A stretch of 64,000 bases of DNA, taken from the NCBI GenBank assembly GCA_016215315.1, contig JACRKG010000054.1:1-64000 (forward strand), written 5' to 3'. The notes beneath the pieces were generated by a model that ran no database searches, was not told the DNA's origin, and worked only from the letters and a program-made list of their open reading frames with translations. A program made the position numbers and the translations under genes. This DNA is from Candidatus Woesearchaeota archaeon. Its GTDB lineage: Archaea; Nanobdellota; Nanobdellia; Woesearchaeales; ARS49. Shown piece by piece: positions 51,501 through 57,410 of the stretch; position 1 is the first letter of the stretch; each line of letters begins with the position of its first letter.

Positions 51501-52105
51501 TAGCAAAATTACACAAACCAGAAAAACAACAAAATCCAATAGAAAAAGATGACTTAAGAAAAGGAGTTTTCTTAGATAATGTAAGATATTATGAAACAAC
51601 GAACAGAGCAAGAACAATGCAAGACTTCTCAGAAGTTTCAGATCAAGAATTTGAGCAATGGTATTTAGGAGAACTAACAGAATTATTAAAAGGATTTAAA
51701 GAAGTAAATGTAGAACATGACTTCCTCGAAACAGAAGTAGGAAAATTCAAACAAGATTACAAAAAATTAATTGAAACAATAAAACAAAACACAATAGAAA
51801 CTTTCAAAAATAAAGCAATCAAAGAAGGCAGACTAACTCTAGAACAACATGAAGAATTACTGAGAAAAGCACAACAATCACTAGAACAACATGAAGAATT
51901 ACTGAGAAAAGCACAACAATCACTAGAACAAATCCCACTACCAGAACATGAAGAACTCAGACCAGAAAAAGAACTACCTGCTGAGGTCCTTACACCTGCA
52001 GAAGTACTAATGAATGAATTAACAAAAGCAGAAAGCAAACCATCAATAGGATATCCCGATATTGAAGATATAGTGATACAAGAAGGAGTAGACGTATGCA
52101 GTTAA
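42551..52105 (+). CDS. giant secreted multi-enzyme protein (3184 aa): SF2 helicase-like ATPase core + PP2C/SpoIIE phosphatase + HD phosphohydrolase + Hanks-type Ser/Thr kinase
   Basis: Overlaps the upstream stop by 13 nt. Signal peptide. SF2 motifs: I ALGGGKTS, II DEAH (IQDEAHQG), III SGT, VI QGVKRAGRLAG, at about 43850-45500. PP2C: DATGHG and SDGVTD at about 47750-48480. HD: HDVGY ... H ... H ... D at about 48900-49350. Kinase: LGQGRFG, VIKIL, HGDTKPANV, DFGVAK at about 50800-51620. Confidence 0.8.
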   Translation: MRRINELKKVVILFFVLLISLQIIAAQACYPQQELQKVNERIEEIKTALEASRNAENARTAEHEAYRKTEKSFEDALNLVQDKYDAGEITPEQYSALKKVYENEVAKLRKARQLSILQLENVGSGAKISQEVQKLETNRRKQLSQVERKLSDLEYQLRSGGKSESEVSGTLATERQKLLQELSDQLGTSREQLNKEYNLNEIQKLEREINQLEIANNEIKSDTRFKQFFESIESVKETYRVNQNSEARMQAREDLAKKLRQDPELSNKIDGAEVKYRDIRQKAKELVADMNDKAAIKQKIKELAKKTAETPSDVQSWKDLSLLKKHLQNLELGNYNKLSSLRTELGAAQERLTKLPQDSAEYKAVETEYNRILDEISDISNESYLETGDKTLNDLLELVMRQWEYAKTSEQNQYTFNIRGKQLSEALLEFARNLKPGKASAIEFALGGGKTSTVAPVIAEISRLLTGRKALIELPDGKSTDAYNEIGRALTRQGRRVVVIRNTEKPLEILAQIKDADVVLVEFSTRGFIEAMARSTKISPTLREAYRELQLELVKDRTHIQDEAHQGTDIGNRYTLSGGEGEEIGKPLQNDAKLIGDTLVELGFVKKGFVDRSVLSTTAVFKGIFMQARGALFEETALKKISEKLAEKLKQEGFSQENLGEKINDYFKNKEKSKYSNEFSTEQQTRMKDLLEQINNFAEAMNKKPNSEYQPDKLGRKIGLAKNGNPAFNQQVSNPKLALAVEYVGSTYFDKPTNFGSVKTSGGTISSSWLANQYLLLKNSGTYLGMSGTMGKQLQSLVSALKIETKSNSQMNDLIFGRQNAQGEYEGGLLREATGTKTLNEALDISIKEIQKGKEGMFGKSKGQDANGNLVMVVPHEGTTAGEIISKLIKSGIKKTFIEKNGENFILKDSNGNKLRDINSKEAATLMNNGKDIILVMGEAATTGTDVKLNKNIPFVNFASSTNIADTIMQGVKRAGRLAGTNAAEHPDTYMFISGKEVKTGKLTIKEVKEVWDKNQNHESKNSLYDYVSAIVEFHYEKLFVDILYQEGLNPELARIAQELNEAFTSKGRTEQNLNTEHGVSSVEQTLTGKVKGNTEFFKKILNGEEIILEGEYTETGEPKKITSQDVRKFRDSLDSEFKKRLEDLSEEPTKKFEFGEGKESEKQPLLEETLDGLIGLLSQTIPKEALPEFAPGKLSDTFIVKELTENRHNSEQLLSQMEGELGSLTRQNDEVTSRINEYKNGVNGVVQELQNNDLITIRGGIQAGTYTVNKDEDENVWLLNAKGEIISAQTALMIDSALKTSDEIKITRSQQEILSQELQEANENLETVIQAQNEYNKLIAEKERLEQEIFNINNIEATNQAAEALYKIFKEKGLENLILNQADLLNYLSSIPQEERDAIINTGKDLTLNKNQIDKITEKFSKKISQGELLKRQNNEQITTDTTKYRDQIKKYTTQIKTINQELLNTLRLSLAGISQTQLPTLAGTETTSAYELIDLAIKELEKTNLEELVSKLETTEGFELTQEQIILLTELQNQIQTNTKNLELTLSILNELLTQDITSEQREQLSKTYNKAAQSLKQFRELESQTSATRTQINLDLGIEALTQEELESKIKEKQSEIETAQNSIKEFSQLAQEAKTKGDEGAVKAYEDAIKDRQQEITKLEKEIAQLKTKLEISAEISTTKEIPPATELPAIIEPISSREQIPLPEHEELKPETGSAERARKAREQLTQKIDQIIKGMPVPVYAFNQPLESAWGGDLIRISSPKSGVVRVLHLDATGHGSQGAKHKTGLALAIQRLETGATGELKQDLEMYLRALQEEINTIKEEFKEQGLSAEELKDYDPLGTFAVYDYNTETGEVIYSTGGEERNFFQYTEGKVGAALKSRGEKLGEAGIKTDTTNMKPGDVFVIVSDGVTDMFKDGAKRLQKALGKDKFDQLGIKDLKQIIEENAGKSEGEIKQAIMSEYNRIKGFLAPVITELKEQEKTKSLSQLEADQKEAETLRETINVIEGLFDDVSIVVMKAKTAEVSALNIEDSFFTDAVDESIAKGEIPDALPGVRDEDDKDNLRSVIASGEVSVKKLYKELHSRISTDPKLSNEEKQKRLAALNVVFRTTVTWLVAQDEADLELPYVAHDAKHSRTTSTDMSKIVRASPELRVELEKQYGPYYAELVTLLGFLHDVGYATLEEGEHKSIHAPRGGEMVENFLRSQIAASFGLSEKAVSDFVDAITYHGSDKKGKDYKAASLTENPLLLLMRLSDNLDITENRLRAWQRDQFFMRAVYKLWDDEEIKGYEAKIAGLRKELSRTEVKKDIDEHNEQIDALIEKINERVKKINEESVNVITGVRNLLQKLHDERSTEWYQQADENTKIILSKSALMKGLGEILKDRKLEKNQLGTILTLLKKYALNDAKLSDSLSMFGNIIEAIPKMNYESFPHFIGALVIKGVNYQVKNGEMIVSVDIDPEAERLGEQLLGKENVLVGEYQVARTVLAVSSLFFEEGIDEIKGPTERGIKIEIKKIKESKEKIKELKEIEEIQEGIGATKIIMPETEKPILEEEIGIPAEITLEERITERIETDCEGGGSVHCSFNYEKTGVSIDLLNQHVMNEKNKQEIIKAATTVVEWAAGVYNFKKEKPEEAWIKEVTFEGTVVKIVINVEQKNAESIKETLQARLASEKLWDALVRTPNLVVYTNIATREEIIKNIEFQLEKAVLEEKVEEKISRITIPKEEVHNLESILEKIGVTLPELVDRKKPVGYQIKGATKLGQGRFGIAWLVNLDGKQQVIKILDIEDEGALSSLSSETLEGVLANYDFVQEEYLITRQVKGDSRFIQTNGIVRGEQELIDLGNKFISESEELSKLFEDKNALREKLKNREISAKDVSKQQKQAEFFKKKGEYLINLAKQGSGFIATISDYYEGEDFDAMRKSQKTISRKQFSELKRFLTQALNDLHNGKTLDRLLITHGDTKPANVMLLKNGKFLILDFGVAKLHKPEKQQNPIEKDDLRKGVFLDNVRYYETTNRARTMQDFSEVSDQEFEQWYLGELTELLKGFKEVNVEHDFLETEVGKFKQDYKKLIETIKQNTIETFKNKAIKEGRLTLEQHEELLRKAQQSLEQHEELLRKAQQSLEQIPLPEHEELRPEKELPAEVLTPAEVLMNELTKAESKPSIGYPDIEDIVIQEGVDVCS

Positions 52106-55100
52106 AAAAGATAATAATAACAATACTCGCAATTTTGATAATATTACAAGTAGTTGTAGCTGCAAGAACGGCTTGTGAAAGATACACTGATGACGAATTT
52201 TTTGTAAAACAAAAATTAGAAGAAAAAGGACTGCCTACAACAAAAGCGCTAATAAATCTAGTCCAAACAGCCGTAAGCTTTAGAGTTGACGAACAAAGAA
52301 ATACTCCTTGGTTAGAAAGAATAAAAAAATATTTCGGGAAGTTAGTAACAAAACAAGAAAAAACACTTGATGATGTAATATTAGAAACAGACCAAAAATT
52401 AAGAATCGGCGACGATTCATTTATTAAAGCAAGAACAAAATTCAAACAATCACTTTCAAAACTAGCACCAGAAAAACCAAGAACATTCTCAGAACACCAA
52501 TTTACAGATTTAGTATTAATAGAAGAAGTTAATAAAGAAGGAAAAACAATTCCTGTAGAAAAAAAAGTTGCAAACTTCCAAAAACCGGGAGTGTATAAAG
52601 CAAAAACTGAAGATAAAACATACATAATAAAAGTATACGAATCAGAAACACAAGCTGCACAAGACAAAAAAAGTTTAACAGTACTAAAACAAATAGAAGG
52701 AATTCCGCTAATTAACGATTTCGTGAGAGACCAAGATAATGCAAAAATAGGACTAGTAATAGAAGATCTTCCTTCAATTTCAGAATCAGAAACACAAGAC
52801 ATTAAAGGAGAATTCTTTGAAAAATTAGAAAAATTATTTTTAGACTTATCACTAAAAAACAAATACACCCCAAAAAACATTTTGGGAATACCAATCAAAG
52901 TCAAAAACGGAAGACCATATCTTAACCCATTCGATCTAAACAAAGGAGACTTAAATGAAGAATTTTTACAAAAAAGGCTTGACTCACTAAAAAAAGCAAT
53001 CATTCGTTTTGGAACACACAAATTAAGCAATGAAGGAACATTTTATTTGAACAATAGAATCAGTGTGGAAGGAATAAAAGAAATACCCGCAGAAAACATA
53101 CAAGTACTAGACAAGATAGGAGAAGGAGCTCACGGAATAGTATTCAAAGTTCTGATAGAAGAAAAACTTCACGTAATTAAGTTATTCAAGCAAGATCCTT
53201 ACTTAACAGAAACAGAATTAATCAACAATATTCTTGAAGAATATGACAAAGCCAAAATAATCCAAGGACTAGACTTAGGGCCAGAAATTGCAGGATTAAC
53301 AATAATAAACGGAATTCCTGCACTAGTAATTGAGTATGTTGATTCAATAGACCCACAAACTGCATCTTACGATGAACTAAAAGAAATAGTTAATGAAGAA
53401 ACACTAAAAGAATACCAGGACGCGATTCCTGCAAAACTAAATAAAGAAGGATACTTCATGACTGATTACCAAGGAGGAATTCTAAAAGAAGACCAATTTA
53501 TTAATGGCAAATTAAGAAAAAAAGGAGAAGTACTAATTTTAGATGCAGCAAGTTTAGAAAAAATAATTCCACAAGTAACAACAGAAGAAGATCTAGAATT
53601 AATGAAAGAATCAGCCAACATAGAAAATTTAATGAGCACAAAAGAAAAAACAAAGAATATTAATGGCATATTAGAAACTTTTGTTAAGGAATCTAAAGAA
53701 AAAGTAGCTTCGGTAAAAAACAACGAAAAGTCCTTAGACTCTTTGCTTGAATTACGAGGAACTTATTCAGAATTACCTGAAGAAGGAATAGACTCTCTTG
53801 AAAGAATGCTAGGTGATGGAATTAAAAAACCTTTAAGCCAATTAAAACCCGGGAAAATATTAAGAATTTCAAGTGCATCAACAAGCATTGATCTAAAAAA
53901 CTTAAATGATAGAAGCGGAGGTCATGCAAAAGCAGACTTAGTAAAAAACTACGGCGCATTTAGACCACTAAATGAATTCTTAAAAACGGTATTAGGATAC
54001 ACAAGAACTGGTGCTTTCCAAAAAACACTAATGGCAGTAAAATCAGAAGAAACAGAAACCACACGAGGAAGACCGTATAGAATCTATGAAGGATATGGCT
54101 ACAAAGTTACCGTTTATGAAGCCAAAGAAGATGGAGAATTGATAAACAAATTAAACGAAAAATTTGAAGAAATAAAAAAAAGAAAAGTAACAACGGACGG
54201 AGGAGAAATTGAAGTGGGGGACGTTCTAAGCGCAGTACTAAAAGAATATTTTGTAAAAATAGAAGGAAAAGTTCCTGAAAATGTTCTAGATCAAATAAGC
54301 ATGGACGTTTACAAAACTTTAACGGTGGCCAGACATTACCAAACATTAAAAAATGAAAAAGTGGGTTCTTACACTGATGAAGAAATAGATAATTACGTAA
54401 TAGAAAAACATGAAGAATATAAAACAGCAGATGAAACAAGAAAGAAAGAAATAGAGGATGAATTAGCAGAATTATTTGATAGTTTCCCACTAACAGAAGA
54501 CGGGAGCATAATGTCTGTAGAACAAACAAAAGAAGAATTAAATAAATTAATCAAACAAATAGAAGACGAAACAACATTATTAAAAATCGCAGAAGGAGAA
54601 AAAAGAAGTGAATTACTCATTAGCTTATCAAGAGAAATAATAAAACTAACCGAGCTTGAAAGAACGATACGAAGAAAATCAACTGGACACCCAAAATTCC
54701 CAACAAAAGCAACAGGAAAAGCATTTGCAGCAACAATAGACAATGACGCAGAATATATAATAAGATATTCTCCTGTTCTTGGAGGAGTAACGGGAATTAA
54801 AGGATACTATGCATCTACAGATGTTCACGATGTTGGAAAAGAAAACACAAATCAAAACAAAATAGAAATAATTGAAAACTTATTAAGCAAACCACAAATA
54901 AATAAAGAAGATATTCTCAAAACAAGAAGAATGATTGGTAAAGAAAGAGACAAACAAATCGGAGGAGTTTATCTGCTATTAATAGGACATCCCGAAGTTC
55001 TAACCAAAGAATTTTTCACAGATAACAGCAAATTCACTTCAGAAATGCTCAAAAAATTAAATAATTTCCTAAATTCAAATCAATGGAACTCAAGAGAAAT

Positions 55101-55899
55101 AAATGACCTCAAACCAGCACTTTCAGAAACAATTAGCTTATTAAATAAATACCAAGAAGGAGAAGACGTTTTAGACGATTTAAACTCACAAAGAAGAATA
55201 GTTGCTGAAAAATTAAGTCTATTATTCACCCACTTAATGCGCGCAGTAGCTACAGGAGGAGACGAAGGCTTAGAAATACAACAAGAAAACGAATACACTG
55301 TACTAAGAAACTTTTTAATAGGAATGTTAACTAACAAAAAAGTAATACCTGGAACAGGAATGGTAAAACTAGGCCTTGAAGGCGTAGAAGCAAACAACTT
55401 AGATAGTGCTAAAACAAGAAGCAAAGGAGCATCACTAGTTACTAAAATAATAAAAGTATTCGAAGAAGACTACGCAGAAAAATACGGCTACACGTACGGA
55501 GAAAGACTGGGAAAAGATAACGAAAAACTTTATGAAGAAGTAAGTGACAAAGTAATTAATTATTTCACGAGCGAAGTGGATTATTTAGTTAAACAAATAG
55601 AATCAGCAACAAGCATTACAGACTTAAACAAAAACGATCAAAAGAGACTGCAAAAATTATTACCTCAGCTCAATAATTTAGACGTCTGGGGTTATGCGCT
55701 AGGAATAAAAATCAATTCATTAATAGATTTGAGAAATAAACTAAGCCAAGCAATAGAAAGAAAAGGATGGAGTTCAAACTTAGGCTTAGATACAGACCAA
55801 TTAGAAGAAGCAGTAATAAGTGAAGATGAAGATTTGTTCCCCGAACTAATTGATGCAAGAGGGATTGAGATTTCTGGCGCAGAAGAAATATGCAAATAA
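52096..55899 (+). CDS. giant secreted protein (1267 aa) with kinase-like (possibly pseudokinase) domain
   Basis: Overlaps the upstream stop by 10 nt. Signal peptide. Glycine loop plus beta3 Lys: IGEGAHGIVFKV and VIKLF at about 53100-53190. A second N-lobe-like segment KPGVYKAKTEDKTYIIKVYE. No clear HRD/DFG was seen. Confidence 0.65.
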   Translation: MQLKKIIITILAILIILQVVVAARTACERYTDDEFFVKQKLEEKGLPTTKALINLVQTAVSFRVDEQRNTPWLERIKKYFGKLVTKQEKTLDDVILETDQKLRIGDDSFIKARTKFKQSLSKLAPEKPRTFSEHQFTDLVLIEEVNKEGKTIPVEKKVANFQKPGVYKAKTEDKTYIIKVYESETQAAQDKKSLTVLKQIEGIPLINDFVRDQDNAKIGLVIEDLPSISESETQDIKGEFFEKLEKLFLDLSLKNKYTPKNILGIPIKVKNGRPYLNPFDLNKGDLNEEFLQKRLDSLKKAIIRFGTHKLSNEGTFYLNNRISVEGIKEIPAENIQVLDKIGEGAHGIVFKVLIEEKLHVIKLFKQDPYLTETELINNILEEYDKAKIIQGLDLGPEIAGLTIINGIPALVIEYVDSIDPQTASYDELKEIVNEETLKEYQDAIPAKLNKEGYFMTDYQGGILKEDQFINGKLRKKGEVLILDAASLEKIIPQVTTEEDLELMKESANIENLMSTKEKTKNINGILETFVKESKEKVASVKNNEKSLDSLLELRGTYSELPEEGIDSLERMLGDGIKKPLSQLKPGKILRISSASTSIDLKNLNDRSGGHAKADLVKNYGAFRPLNEFLKTVLGYTRTGAFQKTLMAVKSEETETTRGRPYRIYEGYGYKVTVYEAKEDGELINKLNEKFEEIKKRKVTTDGGEIEVGDVLSAVLKEYFVKIEGKVPENVLDQISMDVYKTLTVARHYQTLKNEKVGSYTDEEIDNYVIEKHEEYKTADETRKKEIEDELAELFDSFPLTEDGSIMSVEQTKEELNKLIKQIEDETTLLKIAEGEKRSELLISLSREIIKLTELERTIRRKSTGHPKFPTKATGKAFAATIDNDAEYIIRYSPVLGGVTGIKGYYASTDVHDVGKENTNQNKIEIIENLLSKPQINKEDILKTRRMIGKERDKQIGGVYLLLIGHPEVLTKEFFTDNSKFTSEMLKKLNNFLNSNQWNSREINDLKPALSETISLLNKYQEGEDVLDDLNSQRRIVAEKLSLLFTHLMRAVATGGDEGLEIQQENEYTVLRNFLIGMLTNKKVIPGTGMVKLGLEGVEANNLDSAKTRSKGASLVTKIIKVFEEDYAEKYGYTYGERLGKDNEKLYEEVSDKVINYFTSEVDYLVKQIESATSITDLNKNDQKRLQKLLPQLNNLDVWGYALGIKINSLIDLRNKLSQAIERKGWSSNLGLDTDQLEEAVISEDEDLFPELIDARGIEISGAEEICK

Positions 55900-57042
55900 T
55901 CAGTTAACAAAAAAGGGAACATCTGCAAACTTAAGAAAAAAAGGATTGCCAGAATTCTTTGCAGAACTAAGCTCATTCAAATAACACGTTTCTGTTTTTC
56001 CAAGCATTTCTCTTCTCGATTGATTTTTTAATCCGTACTTTTTATACCATTCACTTGTTTGCAAGTATTTATCATAATCAACATCTAAAACTTTTTTTTC
56101 TTTTTCATTCAATCCTTTCAAAAAGTCTTCATACTTTCTTTCTCTGCAAACATCCTGTTCTGAATTTTTCCATAATGGTCCTTTCCAAATCTTACTGTAA
56201 ACACCCTGCAAAGCAAACCTTAAAGCATCATTAAATAAATCTCTCTCAAAATTAAAAGTTCTTATAGAATTATAAAAAAAAGGCGCTTCGATATCTTGAT
56301 TGTTGTAAGTTTTAAATTTTCTTCTTTTTTCATTCTTTAAAAGAATTTCTGCAATATTTTGTAAGTGAAAGAAAATTTGTAATTCCTCCTCAAAACTGTC
56401 GCTATCAATACTTGCCAAATTGACAAAATATTCGCTCAAAGATTTAAGAGAAGGATTTGATCCTGTGATAAACGGAATAACTCTTTGCTCAAAACAATCA
56501 GCAACACTACTAAATTCTCCATCATTCTCCATAACAAGCTCTAAAACAAAATCCCCTGCATTATCTCTTGCATTTTCTAAAAAAACTTTTCTTATTCTGT
56601 AAACGCTAAAATTTCTAGACAAATCCCCAACATTAATTCCTGCCGCAGCACAAGCAGAATTCAACTTAGCACTCATACCAACCCCCGTTTCTTTAATGAC
56701 TAATTTTCTTTTATCATAAAGCTTAAGCATTCTGTGAAGCAAAAAATGAGAAGCTCTACTAATTTCTTTTGCTGGTGTTACGTCATCCAAATTTTTTGCT
56801 AAAAGCATTAAAGGAAGATAAACTCCCTCATAACCCATGCCCACTTCACTACAATCACCGAAAACTGCTGAAGGAGCTATAACAAACTCTTTTTTACTAT
56901 TAGAATCAAAACCAAAATTTCTAACTTCCAACTGCTTAGTTAAAACCTCAAGAGTGGGTTTATCACAATCAATACAGTAACTAGTATTATTAACCGCAAA
57001 CTGTTCCATAAAAGGTTTACGAAGTAAACCTTTAAAAAACAA
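55900..57042 (-). CDS. hypothetical protein (380 aa), unassigned; faint GHMP-kinase-like Gly/Ser-rich segment
   Basis: Complete ORF convergent with the giant operon. The segment IKETGVGMSAKLNSACAAAGINVGD weakly resembles a GHMP P-loop. Assignment not secure. Confidence 0.35.
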   Translation of the reverse strand: MFFKGLLRKPFMEQFAVNNTSYCIDCDKPTLEVLTKQLEVRNFGFDSNSKKEFVIAPSAVFGDCSEVGMGYEGVYLPLMLLAKNLDDVTPAKEISRASHFLLHRMLKLYDKRKLVIKETGVGMSAKLNSACAAAGINVGDLSRNFSVYRIRKVFLENARDNAGDFVLELVMENDGEFSSVADCFEQRVIPFITGSNPSLKSLSEYFVNLASIDSDSFEEELQIFFHLQNIAEILLKNEKRRKFKTYNNQDIEAPFFYNSIRTFNFERDLFNDALRFALQGVYSKIWKGPLWKNSEQDVCRERKYEDFLKGLNEKEKKVLDVDYDKYLQTSEWYKKYGLKNQSRREMLGKTETCYLNELSSAKNSGNPFFLKFADVPFFVN

Positions 57043-57255
57043 ATTGGCGAATACTAATAATATAAGAAATATTTTCTATTTGTTCTGACACAAAATCAAG
57101 ATGTATTTAAATAAGATCGATATTACTAAAGTCGTTCTTAGTTATTTTGAATATCTTTCGGTTTTTAATCCGCACATTTATTGATTAAATTCGGCTTATG
57201 ATACGATAGTTGCTACTTCTAGTTTGCAGTTTGAAGTGAATATACCAATTCTGTT

Positions 57256-57289
57256 CATTACTAATGCACACTATTGTTCATTAGTAATG
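57256..57289. promoter_or_regulatory. twin 11-bp palindromes CATTA-N-TAATG (candidate operator) upstream of the fourth giant gene
   Basis: CATTACTAATG at 57256-57266 and CATTAGTAATG at 57279-57289, 23 bp centre to centre, 120-155 nt upstream of the 57411 start. Confidence 0.4.
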
Positions 57290-57410
57290 AAAACTATTAT
57301 TTTTACTATGTGGAAACAATTCTTCTTTTCCGACGAAAAAAACAGGAAGATTTATAAAGAAAAACATTACAAAACACTTGAAAAATAGAATAAAAAACGA
57401 GGGGTTATTA

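Noticed and set aside
26919-55899. Dozens of 60-350-aa minus-strand ORFs inside the giant genes (e.g. 32770-33558, 46933-47886, 51990-53030, 41192-41890)
   Set aside because: They are Leu/Phe/Ser-rich shadow ORFs produced by the purine-rich (GAA/AAA) coding strand. They lack starts with RBS and tile entirely within the large + strand ORFs.
1021-57245. Heptamer repeat arrays as a CRISPR array
   Set aside because: Units are 7 nt and variable with no constant repeat. There are no unique spacers and no regular ~60-70-nt periodicity. Copies are scattered in separate intergenic regions. No cas genes are present.
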